Below, in pieces: positions 10,540 to 20,943 of a stretch of 36,817 bases of DNA. Source of the stretch: Craspedostauros australis (Eukaryota); NCBI GenBank assembly GCA_030167865.1, contig JALAGF010006555.1, positions 1-36,817 of the forward strand, given 5' to 3'. The position numbers were made by a program, and so were the translations under genes. Position 1 is the stretch's first letter; each line of letters opens with the position of its first letter. The notes beneath the pieces were generated by a model, which worked only from the letters and a program-made list of their open reading frames with translations, ran no database searches and was not told the origin of the DNA.

Positions 10540-12525
10540 ATGTCCAAAGTGGAGGATCTCGTGTCGTTCTCGCCGACTGCCAGCGCTGGCGGAAGCAGCT
10601 CCACGAAGCGACGCAGCAAGCAGCTGCGCAAGCGAGGCAGCAAGACGGATGTTCAGACAGATGCGAGACGCAAGGAGAAGCGATCCAGCAGCAAGGCTCA
10701 CAAGCACAGGCGTAGGCATAGGACGAACAATAGCAATGAGAATGACAACAATGAGAACAACATTGACATTAACATTGACAATGACGAACCAGACTCCACA
10801 ACGGAGAAGACGGCATCGCTATCGCCATCATTGTCGGGCTCCACCTTCTCCTTCGTGATCGCTCTGCCGCCACCTGCTGATGTGAGTCCGTTGTCGTGCA
10901 AGGAGAGCGTGATCGCGGCCATGATGCAGCGCAATGCCTTGGAACGAGCGCCATCGATGCCGCAGCTGGAAGAACCGAAGAAACGCCGTGGTCGCAGTCG
11001 CGATGATCGCAAGCGACGTGCGGGACGCAAGCCATCGAATCGTCGTTCCAAGTCGCGCAGTGGGGAGGATCGCAAGAGTCGCAGTCAAAGCAGAAGTCAA
11101 AGTCGCAACAGAAATGATAGTCGCAACAGAAGCGAAAGTCGCAATGAAAGCAACAACCGCAGCCGCAATGCCAACAGAAGACACAGAAGCCGCAGCAACG
11201 AACGCAAACGCAACCACAAGACACGCCAACGATCGCGATCGCAGGAGGCGGCCCGCAAGAGACGCAGCGATCCTGTCGCGCGCACCAAGTCGGACACGAC
11301 GCAATTGCGACCCAAGGGATTGCCGCCAAGGCCGCAGCGTCGTCGTGTGCCCAAACTGAACTCTTCGTCACATCATTCAACGGCATCGCGGTTCACGCCC
11401 GTGCCGCATCTCGATTTGATTCAGCAGGTTTCCAACAAGGATCTCGTGCAGCGCACTTCGAGTCGCAGCGTTGTGCGTATCAAGATGCAGCAGAAGTTTG
11501 GTCATCATAGCAAGCACACCTATCAAGATAGCGACGACGACGATGATGATGATGAGCAGTCCTTCTTTGGTGAGGATTTCGATGTCATTGCGGCTGGGCT
11601 GGACAAGGGACTTGAGAAAGAAGCTGACGATGCCAGGGATGTCAAGGCCGATGTCAGCACTGTGGAAAACAACAAAAATGAGACTACCAGCAACAAAGAT
11701 GAGACCAGCAACAAAGATGAGACCCCGAAGGACGCTGACCTCGAACCACCGCCACCGCCGCCATCCCCCATGTCATCGCCGCAAGCATCATGGGAAAAGG
11801 TCCGACTGGCAACCACCATGATCCAAAAGAAGAAACAGCGTGCCGCCGAAAGCCGCTCCCGACAGCATCTCATGGACGACGAATCCTTGCACACGACGCC
11901 GCCGCAATCCTTCCGCAACAATCCACAGCAACCCGTCATGTCGCTGCGTTCGGCCTACACGCAAGCGGCACAAAAATCGTCCTGGGATCTGCTCGGCAAC
12001 AAGGGACTCTCCGTGCATTCCACGGCGCACGACACCGAGGAAGACACCAACAACAAGACGCACCGGTCCAAGTGGAAAGGACTCAGGAAGGGCATGGAAT
12101 TCATCCACAGGACCAAGAAGAAGGCGTCCAAGAAGGCAAGTCACAACGCGGAAACGCCGCAATCCGCAAAGAAGAAGAAGAAGCGCGACAAGCCGTCGCA
12201 CAAGGACACCGATCATAGCAATAGCAACAACACCAACTGGGATTCGCAGATCGCCGTGCCACCCACGCGGGCGCCCTCCAAATGGTCCGGTCTGCGACAC
12301 AGCATGAAATTTATCCAGAAGACGTCCAAAAAGAAAAAGAAGCAACGTTCCAAGTCGGCCGATCCCGTCTCCGCACCTCAGTTTGTCACCGTCACGGCCA
12401 CCAACGAATACGATCTGGGAAAGTCCACCAACCACAGTTCCAGCGACGAGTTGCCGTGGCAGAAGTCGCAACGACGCGGTCGTGGAGATGGTCTCGATGC
12501 GTCGTTGCATAGTATCGTGGGTTAA
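10540..12525 (+). CDS. Low-complexity Arg/Ser/Lys-rich, likely disordered protein (661 aa)
   Basis: Long ATG-initiated ORF with RS/RN repeats, poly-Asp, poly-Pro, ETSNKD repeats and repeated KWxGLRxxMxFI helices. No recognisable folded domain. Confidence 0.75.
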   Translation: MSKVEDLVSFSPTASAGGSSSTKRRSKQLRKRGSKTDVQTDARRKEKRSSSKAHKHRRRHRTNNSNENDNNENNIDINIDNDEPDSTTEKTASLSPSLSGSTFSFVIALPPPADVSPLSCKESVIAAMMQRNALERAPSMPQLEEPKKRRGRSRDDRKRRAGRKPSNRRSKSRSGEDRKSRSQSRSQSRNRNDSRNRSESRNESNNRSRNANRRHRSRSNERKRNHKTRQRSRSQEAARKRRSDPVARTKSDTTQLRPKGLPPRPQRRRVPKLNSSSHHSTASRFTPVPHLDLIQQVSNKDLVQRTSSRSVVRIKMQQKFGHHSKHTYQDSDDDDDDDEQSFFGEDFDVIAAGLDKGLEKEADDARDVKADVSTVENNKNETTSNKDETSNKDETPKDADLEPPPPPPSPMSSPQASWEKVRLATTMIQKKKQRAAESRSRQHLMDDESLHTTPPQSFRNNPQQPVMSLRSAYTQAAQKSSWDLLGNKGLSVHSTAHDTEEDTNNKTHRSKWKGLRKGMEFIHRTKKKASKKASHNAETPQSAKKKKKRDKPSHKDTDHSNSNNTNWDSQIAVPPTRAPSKWSGLRHSMKFIQKTSKKKKKQRSKSADPVSAPQFVTVTATNEYDLGKSTNHSSSDELPWQKSQRRGRGDGLDASLHSIVG

Positions 12526-12692
12526 GATGCTATTACCAACACAATACACTATAATAATACATGATTTTGGGACTCTGCTGGCATACCATATTATACCATA
12601 CTATTTTGATACCTACCACAGTACGAGTATGTAGATTCGCTGGAGACTGTTACATGGAGTGGAATAGGTGCTCCTATGCTTACTCCACTTGA

Positions 12693-15600
12693 TCACTTCC
12701 TGTGCTTGCCCATCAATCGATGCACGACGTCCTTGGATACGCGCTCAGCCTGCTCACCGATGGACTTCAATGGCAGGTACCGGTCGTTGTCAAATCCAAT
12801 GTGGTACAATCCATTCAGCTCATCTCGATGCCGTCCCGACACGGGATTCGAATGATACCCCGTCGCCAGGATCACCACGTCGATCGGCACGGCTGCGTCA
12901 TCATTCTCGAACCGAATCCGTCCACCCGCTTCCACCAACGCGATGGGGCCATGCCCCACCAACGCACCCGTCTCAAAGCCCCGCGTCAGCAACCCATGCT
13001 TATCGATCACGGGCACACGTCCATCGACACGTGACCAACGTGGCAGAGCCTGCGGAAAGGCCGCGTCGCAAATCTGACTATCGCGCAGCACGTAACGCCA
13101 CAGCCACTTGTTGACCAGATCCTGTCCGACCGGCAATCGCCGCACGTACGACGCGATCGTATCGACGCGTAACACGCCCTTGCGTCGTGGAAAGACGGGC
13201 GGCACGGTGCGGGCCGCGATGTGGATGGGGGCACGTCGTTGCGACAGCAGCGTGGAGCAAATGTCGCCGGCCGAATTGCCGAATCCGACGATGCAGATGC
13301 GCTTGTTGTCGAAGGCGGTCCAATCGCGAATGTCGGAACTGTGGAGGTGTTTCACGTTCTGCAGTTTGGAGACGAGGCCGTCCGTGGTATCGCGACGTGG
13401 GATGCAATGTTTGCCGCTGGCGTCAATGACGGCGCAGGCTGGCAGAGTATGGACGGTACTATCGTCGGAGGTTGTGTATTCGACGTACCAGGCAGTTTGG
13501 GTGTCGCCCTTGCGCACCTTGGTAACGCGGGCACCACGTTGGATGTCGAGATCGTACCGCTGGGCGTAGGATTGCAGATATTGGATGTAATCCGTGCCGG
13601 AAATGACCTCGGACGTTTGCTTGGTTTGAGGACAGGCGAAGCCTGGCAGGCTGCACCACTTGCGCTGCGAAGTGACGACCAAGCCGGAAAAGTGCTGATC
13701 CCAAGATCCAAAGCCTTCCATGCGGGATTCCAGGATGACGATGTTGGGCTTCGATGCGATGCCATCACCAATCTTGTCGTTGCTGTTGCTGCTGCAGTGA
13801 CGCTTGATGCAAGCAGCGGCCGCCAATCCGCTTGGTCCTGCGCCGATGACGACGATGGGAGGATTATCCTGAGACGTGGGCTGTTGCTGCTGTCGGGTCA
13901 GCGGCTCGAATGCTGGGACGCGGAATCCCATCCGTTTGGCATCCTCCAACCAGGTCTCCATGACCACGGGATCAACCGGCCCCACCTCGTCGACTCGACC
14001 GTTCTCGTCCAAATATCGTTTCTTCTTTAGCCGATCGGCCGCGACGATACCTGCGGCGTGGCATGCAAACATCTCCTCCTCCTTCAGTTTGTTAGTGAAT
14101 CGCCGCGGTCGATCCAACCGGCTGAGGTCGATGTGCATGGTGCCCGCTTCGATGACGCGAACATCATGACGCGTGTGCAGTGGATGCGGCACGGCGAAGA
14201 CGATGGCCACAGCGCCGTGCGGGATGAGGTTGGCGACTTGCTGATCGTACTTGCCCACGATCCAGTATTTGCTGAATGCCATGCCCTCCTCGAGGGTGGA
14301 TGCGGCAGCGAATCCGTTCTTCTCGAAGATATCGCGCCGGGATTGGTCGGTGCTGTGGCACAGGACATCGTAGCCGTACTTGTCTTTGAGAGCACGTGCG
14401 ACGGCCCAACCGACCTTGGAACTGGCGCCCGTGAGGAAGAGCTTGACACGGCGTTCCGCATTCGTCGGCTCATGGATCGATCCGAAGACCTGATGCGTCG
14501 TCTCCACGACGGCGGCAGCTGTCAGGTGATTGCCATGGATGATGGAGACCTTGCGCTTGGGTCCCAATGCGCGCACGACGCCCACGCCACCACCGTTGAT
14601 GCTCTCGGCCTTGTTGAGCGCACCGAGGCACAGCACCTTGACGCCCGTATCGTTGGCATGCCGCGCGGTCGCTTCAATGTTGGCCTGCACGGCTCTCTTG
14701 GATGTGAAGAAATGCCGTCCGAAGTGGGCCGCCGTCCAGGTTTGCGCATGCACCGTCTCGTACCGCACATCGTCGCAGTTGAAGAAGGATGCACCATCGC
14801 CGAATAGCTTGCGTCGGTAGTTGCACGTGTAGTACCCGATGGCCCAGTGGACTGGCCAAAGGACGATGGACCACCACGGCTGCTTCCAGCGTGTATCCAG
14901 CGCGTACGGAATCAACCACAACGCCCAGCAATCGCCCAGTTCGGCAGGGTGACCGAGGAACACCATATCCGGAGCCTTGGTGTTGCCCTTGCTGCTGCTG
15001 CTGCTTGCTTCCGATGACGGTTTGAACGTTGCCACCGCCGAAGATGACGACGTGTAGCTCAACGTGTGCACGAAATGCACCATGCAAACGATGGCACCGA
15101 TCAGGGCGAATGCATCCTGATGCTGCTTGTCCAACTGCTGCTGTCGTGGCAACCACCGACACAGCACCAGCTTTGCTGCCATCTCGGTGAAATTGAATGC
15201 AATCCAAAACGCCTTGGGTGCTTGCCACTTGGACGCCTTGAGGAAAGATTTGGCGACGAGTCCTGCGGCCAGCAGCAAGCGCATGCGGTGGAGGGCTGTG
15301 GTGCCGTCGTCCGACATTGGTGTCAACGACAACGTAGTCGTTGTTGTTGGCGTTGTTATCATCGTGGTCAAAACGAGGACATCTATCGCAGTGATGATGG
15401 ACAGCTTTCGACTTGGACTGAGCAACGATCTGCTGCTGCTGCTGCGGTTGGACGACTTGCCACCACGAGAATAGTCCGATCGCAGCGCGACGTACGTGAC
15501 GGAATACAGGATGTTGTACAGCAACCACGCGAATGGAATTGCCAACACGACGTTGTGCATGGATCCAGCATGCCGCATCAACAATCCGCGCAACGGAACA

Positions 15601-16643
15601 TCACCCAAACCCACGATATGAACGGTGGCCACGATGGTGAGGATCGTCTCAATGCGCACGGCCGTGTCGACACCGCCCGAAGCTGCACCTTGATGTCCTT
15701 TCAATTTGTTGGAGACACGTCCTGGCCGCAGCAGAACGCGCACGATGAATTCGTCGTCGTCGGAATCTGTCGACGAGATGGAGGCGTCGCTGCGCGTGTC
15801 GCACGTGGAGGCGGCGCTGATATCGTCCAAGGCCGTCGTCATGGTCGATGTGTGCGCCGTGATGGCGTTCCAACCTTGGACCATGAGCGTCGCTGTGCTG
15901 CAACGGAAGTATTGATTCATGGCGGCGTGCAAGACCCAAACGATGAAGAGCTGGCTCATGCTGGACGTGACGAGGGGCAATGCGGTTGCGTCGTATCGCA
16001 GAAGCAGATCCTTGAGGATCATGGCGTGGATGAAGGTGTCCGATCCTTGCAGGAACAAGCGAACGAAGGTGACGGTCGTCTCCGTGTTGGAATGATGGTA
16101 GAACTTGTCGATGACCTGGCGCATGATGCCGAATGTCGTGGAATGGCGTTGGTACGCATCCTTCCTGACGCCGCGGCTCTTGATGGTGTGGTAGATCAAG
16201 GAGTAGAGGATGAGGTACTTGGAGATGGCGCTGTCGGACGATGCCAGGAATGGCAGGCAGAGGAACATGGAGAGCATCTCGCGGCACCAGTAGGCCGACA
16301 GAGTCCCTGCGATGGCCCAGTGCTGGTTGGACCGCAAGAGCGCGATCCCGTACTGCCGATCCAGACGTTGGCACAGCGGATTGCCCAAGACGTTGGAATG
16401 CTGCAGGTAGACCCAGTACTCATGCAGGAGCAGCAACGTGATGGGCCAAAACGCGTGTGCATCGAGCTCGCACGTGTTCGCAGGGGATGGTGCGATGAAA
16501 TGGAGCGTCGCGCAATGCACGACGACGCCGTAAATGATGGTGTTGACGGCTCGGACGATGGGATCCACGTGCGCGACGGGCGATGCATCGCATTTGGAAC
16601 GCGGCGGTTGCACGTCGTGCCGTTGCTTCTTGTATTCCGTCAT
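12693..16643 (-). CDS. Fusion protein (~1316 aa): multi-TM N-terminal region + CER1/CER3 (WAX2) C-terminal reductase-like domain + YUCCA-like flavin monooxygenase
   Basis: The ORF-track start at 16754 is TTG; the first in-frame ATG is 16643. WAX2-like motifs at ~14972-13920: PDMVFLGH, QTW, GVKVLCLGALNKAESINGGG, HGNHLTAAAVV, FLTGASSKVGWAVA, WIVGK, FACHAAG, DEVGPVD. FMO motifs at ~13860-12693: VIGAGPSGLAAA, YLQSYA, DASG, HSSD, IVGFGNSAGDI, GRVPVID, DVVILATGY, GLYHIGF. No stop or intron is needed between domains. Confidence 0.88.
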   Translation of the reverse strand: MTEYKKQRHDVQPPRSKCDASPVAHVDPIVRAVNTIIYGVVVHCATLHFIAPSPANTCELDAHAFWPITLLLLHEYWVYLQHSNVLGNPLCQRLDRQYGIALLRSNQHWAIAGTLSAYWCREMLSMFLCLPFLASSDSAISKYLILYSLIYHTIKSRGVRKDAYQRHSTTFGIMRQVIDKFYHHSNTETTVTFVRLFLQGSDTFIHAMILKDLLLRYDATALPLVTSSMSQLFIVWVLHAAMNQYFRCSTATLMVQGWNAITAHTSTMTTALDDISAASTCDTRSDASISSTDSDDDEFIVRVLLRPGRVSNKLKGHQGAASGGVDTAVRIETILTIVATVHIVGLGDVPLRGLLMRHAGSMHNVVLAIPFAWLLYNILYSVTYVALRSDYSRGGKSSNRSSSSRSLLSPSRKLSIITAIDVLVLTTMITTPTTTTTLSLTPMSDDGTTALHRMRLLLAAGLVAKSFLKASKWQAPKAFWIAFNFTEMAAKLVLCRWLPRQQQLDKQHQDAFALIGAIVCMVHFVHTLSYTSSSSAVATFKPSSEASSSSSKGNTKAPDMVFLGHPAELGDCWALWLIPYALDTRWKQPWWSIVLWPVHWAIGYYTCNYRRKLFGDGASFFNCDDVRYETVHAQTWTAAHFGRHFFTSKRAVQANIEATARHANDTGVKVLCLGALNKAESINGGGVGVVRALGPKRKVSIIHGNHLTAAAVVETTHQVFGSIHEPTNAERRVKLFLTGASSKVGWAVARALKDKYGYDVLCHSTDQSRRDIFEKNGFAAASTLEEGMAFSKYWIVGKYDQQVANLIPHGAVAIVFAVPHPLHTRHDVRVIEAGTMHIDLSRLDRPRRFTNKLKEEEMFACHAAGIVAADRLKKKRYLDENGRVDEVGPVDPVVMETWLEDAKRMGFRVPAFEPLTRQQQQPTSQDNPPIVVIGAGPSGLAAAACIKRHCSSNSNDKIGDGIASKPNIVILESRMEGFGSWDQHFSGLVVTSQRKWCSLPGFACPQTKQTSEVISGTDYIQYLQSYAQRYDLDIQRGARVTKVRKGDTQTAWYVEYTTSDDSTVHTLPACAVIDASGKHCIPRRDTTDGLVSKLQNVKHLHSSDIRDWTAFDNKRICIVGFGNSAGDICSTLLSQRRAPIHIAARTVPPVFPRRKGVLRVDTIASYVRRLPVGQDLVNKWLWRYVLRDSQICDAAFPQALPRWSRVDGRVPVIDKHGLLTRGFETGALVGHGPIALVEAGGRIRFENDDAAVPIDVVILATGYHSNPVSGRHRDELNGLYHIGFDNDRYLPLKSIGEQAERVSKDVVHRLMGKHRK

Positions 16644-17921
16644 GGCGAACGATGGTTTGCCTCTGTTGGTAGAGGTCGTGGAGTCTCCGGAGTTCGATTT
16701 GTCAGCAATGGAAGGAGATGGTACGAGGATTTTGCCCCAAACCCTGCGGTCCAAATGCTGCTGTTGATGTCATTCCAACGTCCTTCACTTGGTTAGCGCC
16801 CATGTTACATTATTTCCGCTGATGCATCTCCACGGATCCATCTCCAACGCAGACGAGTTCGCACACGACTCCACACACCATCAATCAGAAGGAAGGAACA
16901 AATCATTCCAATCGTTGTCGCTCTGCAGATACGTTGTGCACCACGACGCCAGACGTGATGATGATGTGTGCTGAGTGGACGCCAACTTGGAACAAATCTG
17001 TGTTGGCTGACGTATGCGTTTGGATCGAATGGATCGATAGAACTGTTTTTGGATCCTGTCAATCAGAAAGATACCATGGAATCTGACAACGACGCGTCTG
17101 TACATGCATCCGTATTGAATGTTTCTCATTGGTCGCCAAAAATTGAGCTTCCCCAGAGCGATTCACCAGACTCAATGATGATTTCGATTGGGCCGGGATA
17201 TTGAAAAGTGATCCATGAGATAAGCCGAATAGTCCGTAAAATCTGTTCCGTTTCTCGAAAAGAACCATACATTAAATGTTGATAGGCACTAGGCTAAGTA
17301 ATTCCAATGATGGAGACAAACTTTTGAAAAATTGTTGGGCGTGAGGTCAAGACGGCACATTCCGTTTCTCGCGCATGTCATTCGCGACATACGAATCACA
17401 CGATGTTGTCAGCAACAATTAACGATGTATTGCGCGTGGTAGACGCCCGCTACGTGGCGCGCAATGTCGCGACAACTCAAAGTCGAAGCGTCCTTCCAGT
17501 CATCTTGTTTGTTCTCGTTGTTGTTGTGCCTTGTTTGTTTGTGGGCATGCCTGCACGCAAGGAAGGATAACGCTCTGTTCGTGAAAATCCAAGGGGAAAC
17601 GAACGTCGATGACAACAACAGCACAGGCACCATCATCAACAAGAGACAACATCACCATTTGTTGGTTGACTTGTTGGTTCAATACGACTACGTACACGAC
17701 CCATCACAGTTGAGACTGCTCCCGAAGACCCCTTCACCTGTCACCATCATCTGCATCGAAGGCATTTTACCTCCAAGCTGTTTCACGACACAATCGATCA
17801 CAACACTGTGGTGGCAATAGAATAGAGAGTACTGGTAACTGCAACGGCGCAACACACACTCATAGACCAAGAGAGAACATCACCAAGAGAGAACACCGCC
17901 AAGAAAAAAGGCGACAGCAAG

Positions 17922-20546
17922 ATGACGACGGTGTCATCACCTGCGACGAATCTGGCGGCGGCCTTTCGCAACACCCGACAGAGCGACGCGACGTTGGATC
18001 CCGAGATGTGCAACATGGTGTATGGACGCAACATGTCACGCAGTTGGGACAATGGGGGCGATAGCGAGATCTTCAACAGTACGGACTTCGTGCCGCTGCG
18101 GCAATCGCGGTCGATGGATGATGACAATGATGGCGACAATGGCAATGATGACAATGACAATGATGGCAATGACAACGATGATGACAGCAGCATCAACAGC
18201 AACGCCAACCAAAGCAAGCACAGCAGCAACGAGAAGAACGCGACGATCCACTCGCGGCTGTTCCTGGAACCGCTCGATCCCAACCGCATTGGCAAGGATC
18301 TCAGCGAGGATGAAGATGAAGAGGTGGTCGACGATCACTTCGAAGAGGACGGCGAGGAGTACTTCATGGAGCTGGTGGAAGGCGATGACGCAGCTGACCC
18401 CGCAGCGGCAGACGAAGAGGAATCATGCCACAGCTCGTCCTCCTTCGAACTCATCCTGCCGACGAAATCGGACCGCTCCGTGAGCCCCCTCACCTTCCAC
18501 GAGAGCGTCCAGTTCAACGCCATGAAGCTGGCCGGTCTCGTGCCGCTCGATCTGTCGCAGCGACGCACGGCGAAGGCGCGCACCAAGAAGAGCAAGCATA
18601 AGCACAAGCGATCCAGGAGCAACAGCGGTGGCAAGCACAACCGGCGCACCAAGCGCGGTTTGCAACGTCATCATTCGTCGACCGATGAGGTTCTCGAAGC
18701 GGCCAAGCGTTCCGTCGAACAGCAGCAGCAGCAGCAAGCGGACGATGTCAAGAAGAAGCGGCCGGCCACGAAGAAGAAGGCGTCATCCAAACCCAGCGGC
18801 AATCGGTCGAAGGACAACGATGCCACGGTGCCTGCCTCCAGCGACAGCGTCGATTCCAACCCTGACAAACGACTGCAACAGCAACAGCAACGACGGCATT
18901 CCAGCGACGACAATGAGGATGAACTGAGAGCCACGACGACGCACGATTCCTACAAATCGGACGAGGAGGTCTTCGTCAAGGTTGATGACGAAGTCGTGCG
19001 GCGCAAGCCATCGAGCGACAGCGATCTGCTCGGTTCCAAGCGCGGCACTTCCAAACGCAAGAAGCGCAAGGCCAAGAAGAGCAAGAAGAAGGACGATGTC
19101 CCGTCCAAGCCGGTGTCCATGATGGCCTTGCCGACATCGAAGCCGTCCTCCAAAAAGAACAAGAAGAAGCACAAGAACGATGAGAGCGATGCGTCATCTG
19201 GAGGCAGGCGCAGTCGCAAGCATCGCAGCAAGTCCAAGGAACCGCCCGCCCATCTTCTGCCGCCTGTTGAGTCGCTCGACGATGCCGCTATTGTCACTTC
19301 GCCATCCAGCGATCCACCAGCTCCCAAGATTGTCACGCGATCGCAATCGCCGCCCCTTTGGCCTTCACCGGAGAAGCAGCAGCATCAGCAACAACAACAA
19401 CAGGCACCACCAGCAGCAGTGCCACCACCACCACCTCTTCCGCAACTCCCAACGCCACCTGCTCCTCCAAACCAACAACCATCGGCCCTATCACCGACTG
19501 CAATCGCCCGAAAGAAATCATCCAAGAAGAAGGATTCCAAGCCACCAAAGACGTCATCCAACTTCCACAACAAATCGTCCAAGAAGCACCGACGTTCCCG
19601 CTCCGCCAGCGTTTCCAAGCGTCGCTCGGGAGATGAGGCTTCCTCCAAATCAAAGCGATCGGGTCGCAGACGCTCTCGGGCTCGCAGCGCCAGCATCGAA
19701 CATCGTCGCGAAGCTTCCAAGGAGTCACCGCCACCCAAGGAGTCACCGCCGCGGCGTCGCAAGTCAATCGACGATGGTCTCGATCCGCTTCCCGTCCCGT
19801 CCACCAAGGCAGATCAACCGAAGCAGGGATTGAACGAGATCGATACCAACCAGGACATGGGTGCGACGACCCACACGGCAGCCTCCAAGATCAGCGCCTC
19901 GTCCAAACGATCCAGGAAGTCATCGTCCAGCAAGCGCTCCTCCAAATCAACCAGCAAGTGGTCCTCGTCGCGTGGGTTGAATACCAAATCGGACCACCAT
20001 CGATCGTCGACGCGCAAGCCAAAGAGCGAGCGTCTCTCCACCTCGCAGCACGTCTCCACATCTGTCAGTTGGGGGGCAGCGCCGCCGCCGCCACCACAAT
20101 CGTCAACGCCGGATAACTGGGACACCTCGAGGAAGAAGACTCTCACGACCTCGCCCAATACCGTCTCGAAACACAGCGAGGATCCCACCACCTCCATGTC
20201 CAGAGAGGAGACCTCCGTCATTTCGGAACTGTCCAGCAGCGTCAATTACGCGCCGGATCCGCCGGGCAACATCATCGATAACGCGCATTACAAGAAACCA
20301 TCGCTGGCCGTCTCGCCAAAGACCAAATCCAACAAGCTCTGGACGTCGTTCCGTGCCGCGCCATCGACGAAGCCAGCCGTGCGATCGACCGATGTCGTGC
20401 CGTCCAAGCCAATGTCGATGCCCGCCCTTATCGTCGAAGAATCATCGAGTTTGCGCGCGGCGCCGCGGACGAAGAGCAACAGTAACAAGAAGGGGTGGAA
20501 GGGCATCATGGGGAATTTACGCAAATCGCTGGGGAAGAAGCAATAG
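17922..20546 (+). CDS. Low-complexity Ser/Lys/Arg/Pro-rich, likely disordered protein (874 aa)
   Basis: Long ATG-initiated ORF with Asp/Asn, acidic, poly-Gln, poly-Pro and basic tracts, an internal repeat DxVPSKPxSMxAL (twice) and C-terminal KKGWKGIMGNLRKSLGKKQ. Confidence 0.75.
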   Translation: MTTVSSPATNLAAAFRNTRQSDATLDPEMCNMVYGRNMSRSWDNGGDSEIFNSTDFVPLRQSRSMDDDNDGDNGNDDNDNDGNDNDDDSSINSNANQSKHSSNEKNATIHSRLFLEPLDPNRIGKDLSEDEDEEVVDDHFEEDGEEYFMELVEGDDAADPAAADEEESCHSSSSFELILPTKSDRSVSPLTFHESVQFNAMKLAGLVPLDLSQRRTAKARTKKSKHKHKRSRSNSGGKHNRRTKRGLQRHHSSTDEVLEAAKRSVEQQQQQQADDVKKKRPATKKKASSKPSGNRSKDNDATVPASSDSVDSNPDKRLQQQQQRRHSSDDNEDELRATTTHDSYKSDEEVFVKVDDEVVRRKPSSDSDLLGSKRGTSKRKKRKAKKSKKKDDVPSKPVSMMALPTSKPSSKKNKKKHKNDESDASSGGRRSRKHRSKSKEPPAHLLPPVESLDDAAIVTSPSSDPPAPKIVTRSQSPPLWPSPEKQQHQQQQQQAPPAAVPPPPPLPQLPTPPAPPNQQPSALSPTAIARKKSSKKKDSKPPKTSSNFHNKSSKKHRRSRSASVSKRRSGDEASSKSKRSGRRRSRARSASIEHRREASKESPPPKESPPRRRKSIDDGLDPLPVPSTKADQPKQGLNEIDTNQDMGATTHTAASKISASSKRSRKSSSSKRSSKSTSKWSSSRGLNTKSDHHRSSTRKPKSERLSTSQHVSTSVSWGAAPPPPPQSSTPDNWDTSRKKTLTTSPNTVSKHSEDPTTSMSREETSVISELSSSVNYAPDPPGNIIDNAHYKKPSLAVSPKTKSNKLWTSFRAAPSTKPAVRSTDVVPSKPMSMPALIVEESSSLRAAPRTKSNSNKKGWKGIMGNLRKSLGKKQ

Positions 20547-20943
20547 AATATTTGAGTTAGAACAATTGTGGGACTTTGGTGTGATCGTGATTGTTGGTTG
20601 CGCATCTATGGTTGCAGCACGATCAAGGGGTAGGTAGCTAAAGGCGTGCAACTCAACCCCTTTCGGCGTTGAACGAGTTGTCTGGAGAATTTGGCAATCT
20701 CTGGAACTATTGCGGGTATTTAAGTATTATATGTAATTCACCGCAACACCATGCTTGCTCTTCCAAGTCCTTCGAAGAACGTCGTCACGAGCGGCACGAC
20801 CATCCCAAACCAACACACACAGACAAGCGACGAGAAAACCCATCTCCGAAATGAGCGGGGAAAGAATGGACGCCATCCATCGATTGTTGTTCCCACAATC
20901 ATAAAATCAGAAAATTGAACACAGCAACAGCAAAAGCAACATC

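Noticed and set aside
15066..16796. 576-aa + strand ORF and other long antisense ORFs (13221-14030, 14058-14807, 11788-12549)
   Set aside because: They are shadow frames opposite well-supported genes, with no recognisable motifs; long antisense ORFs are expected from codon bias.
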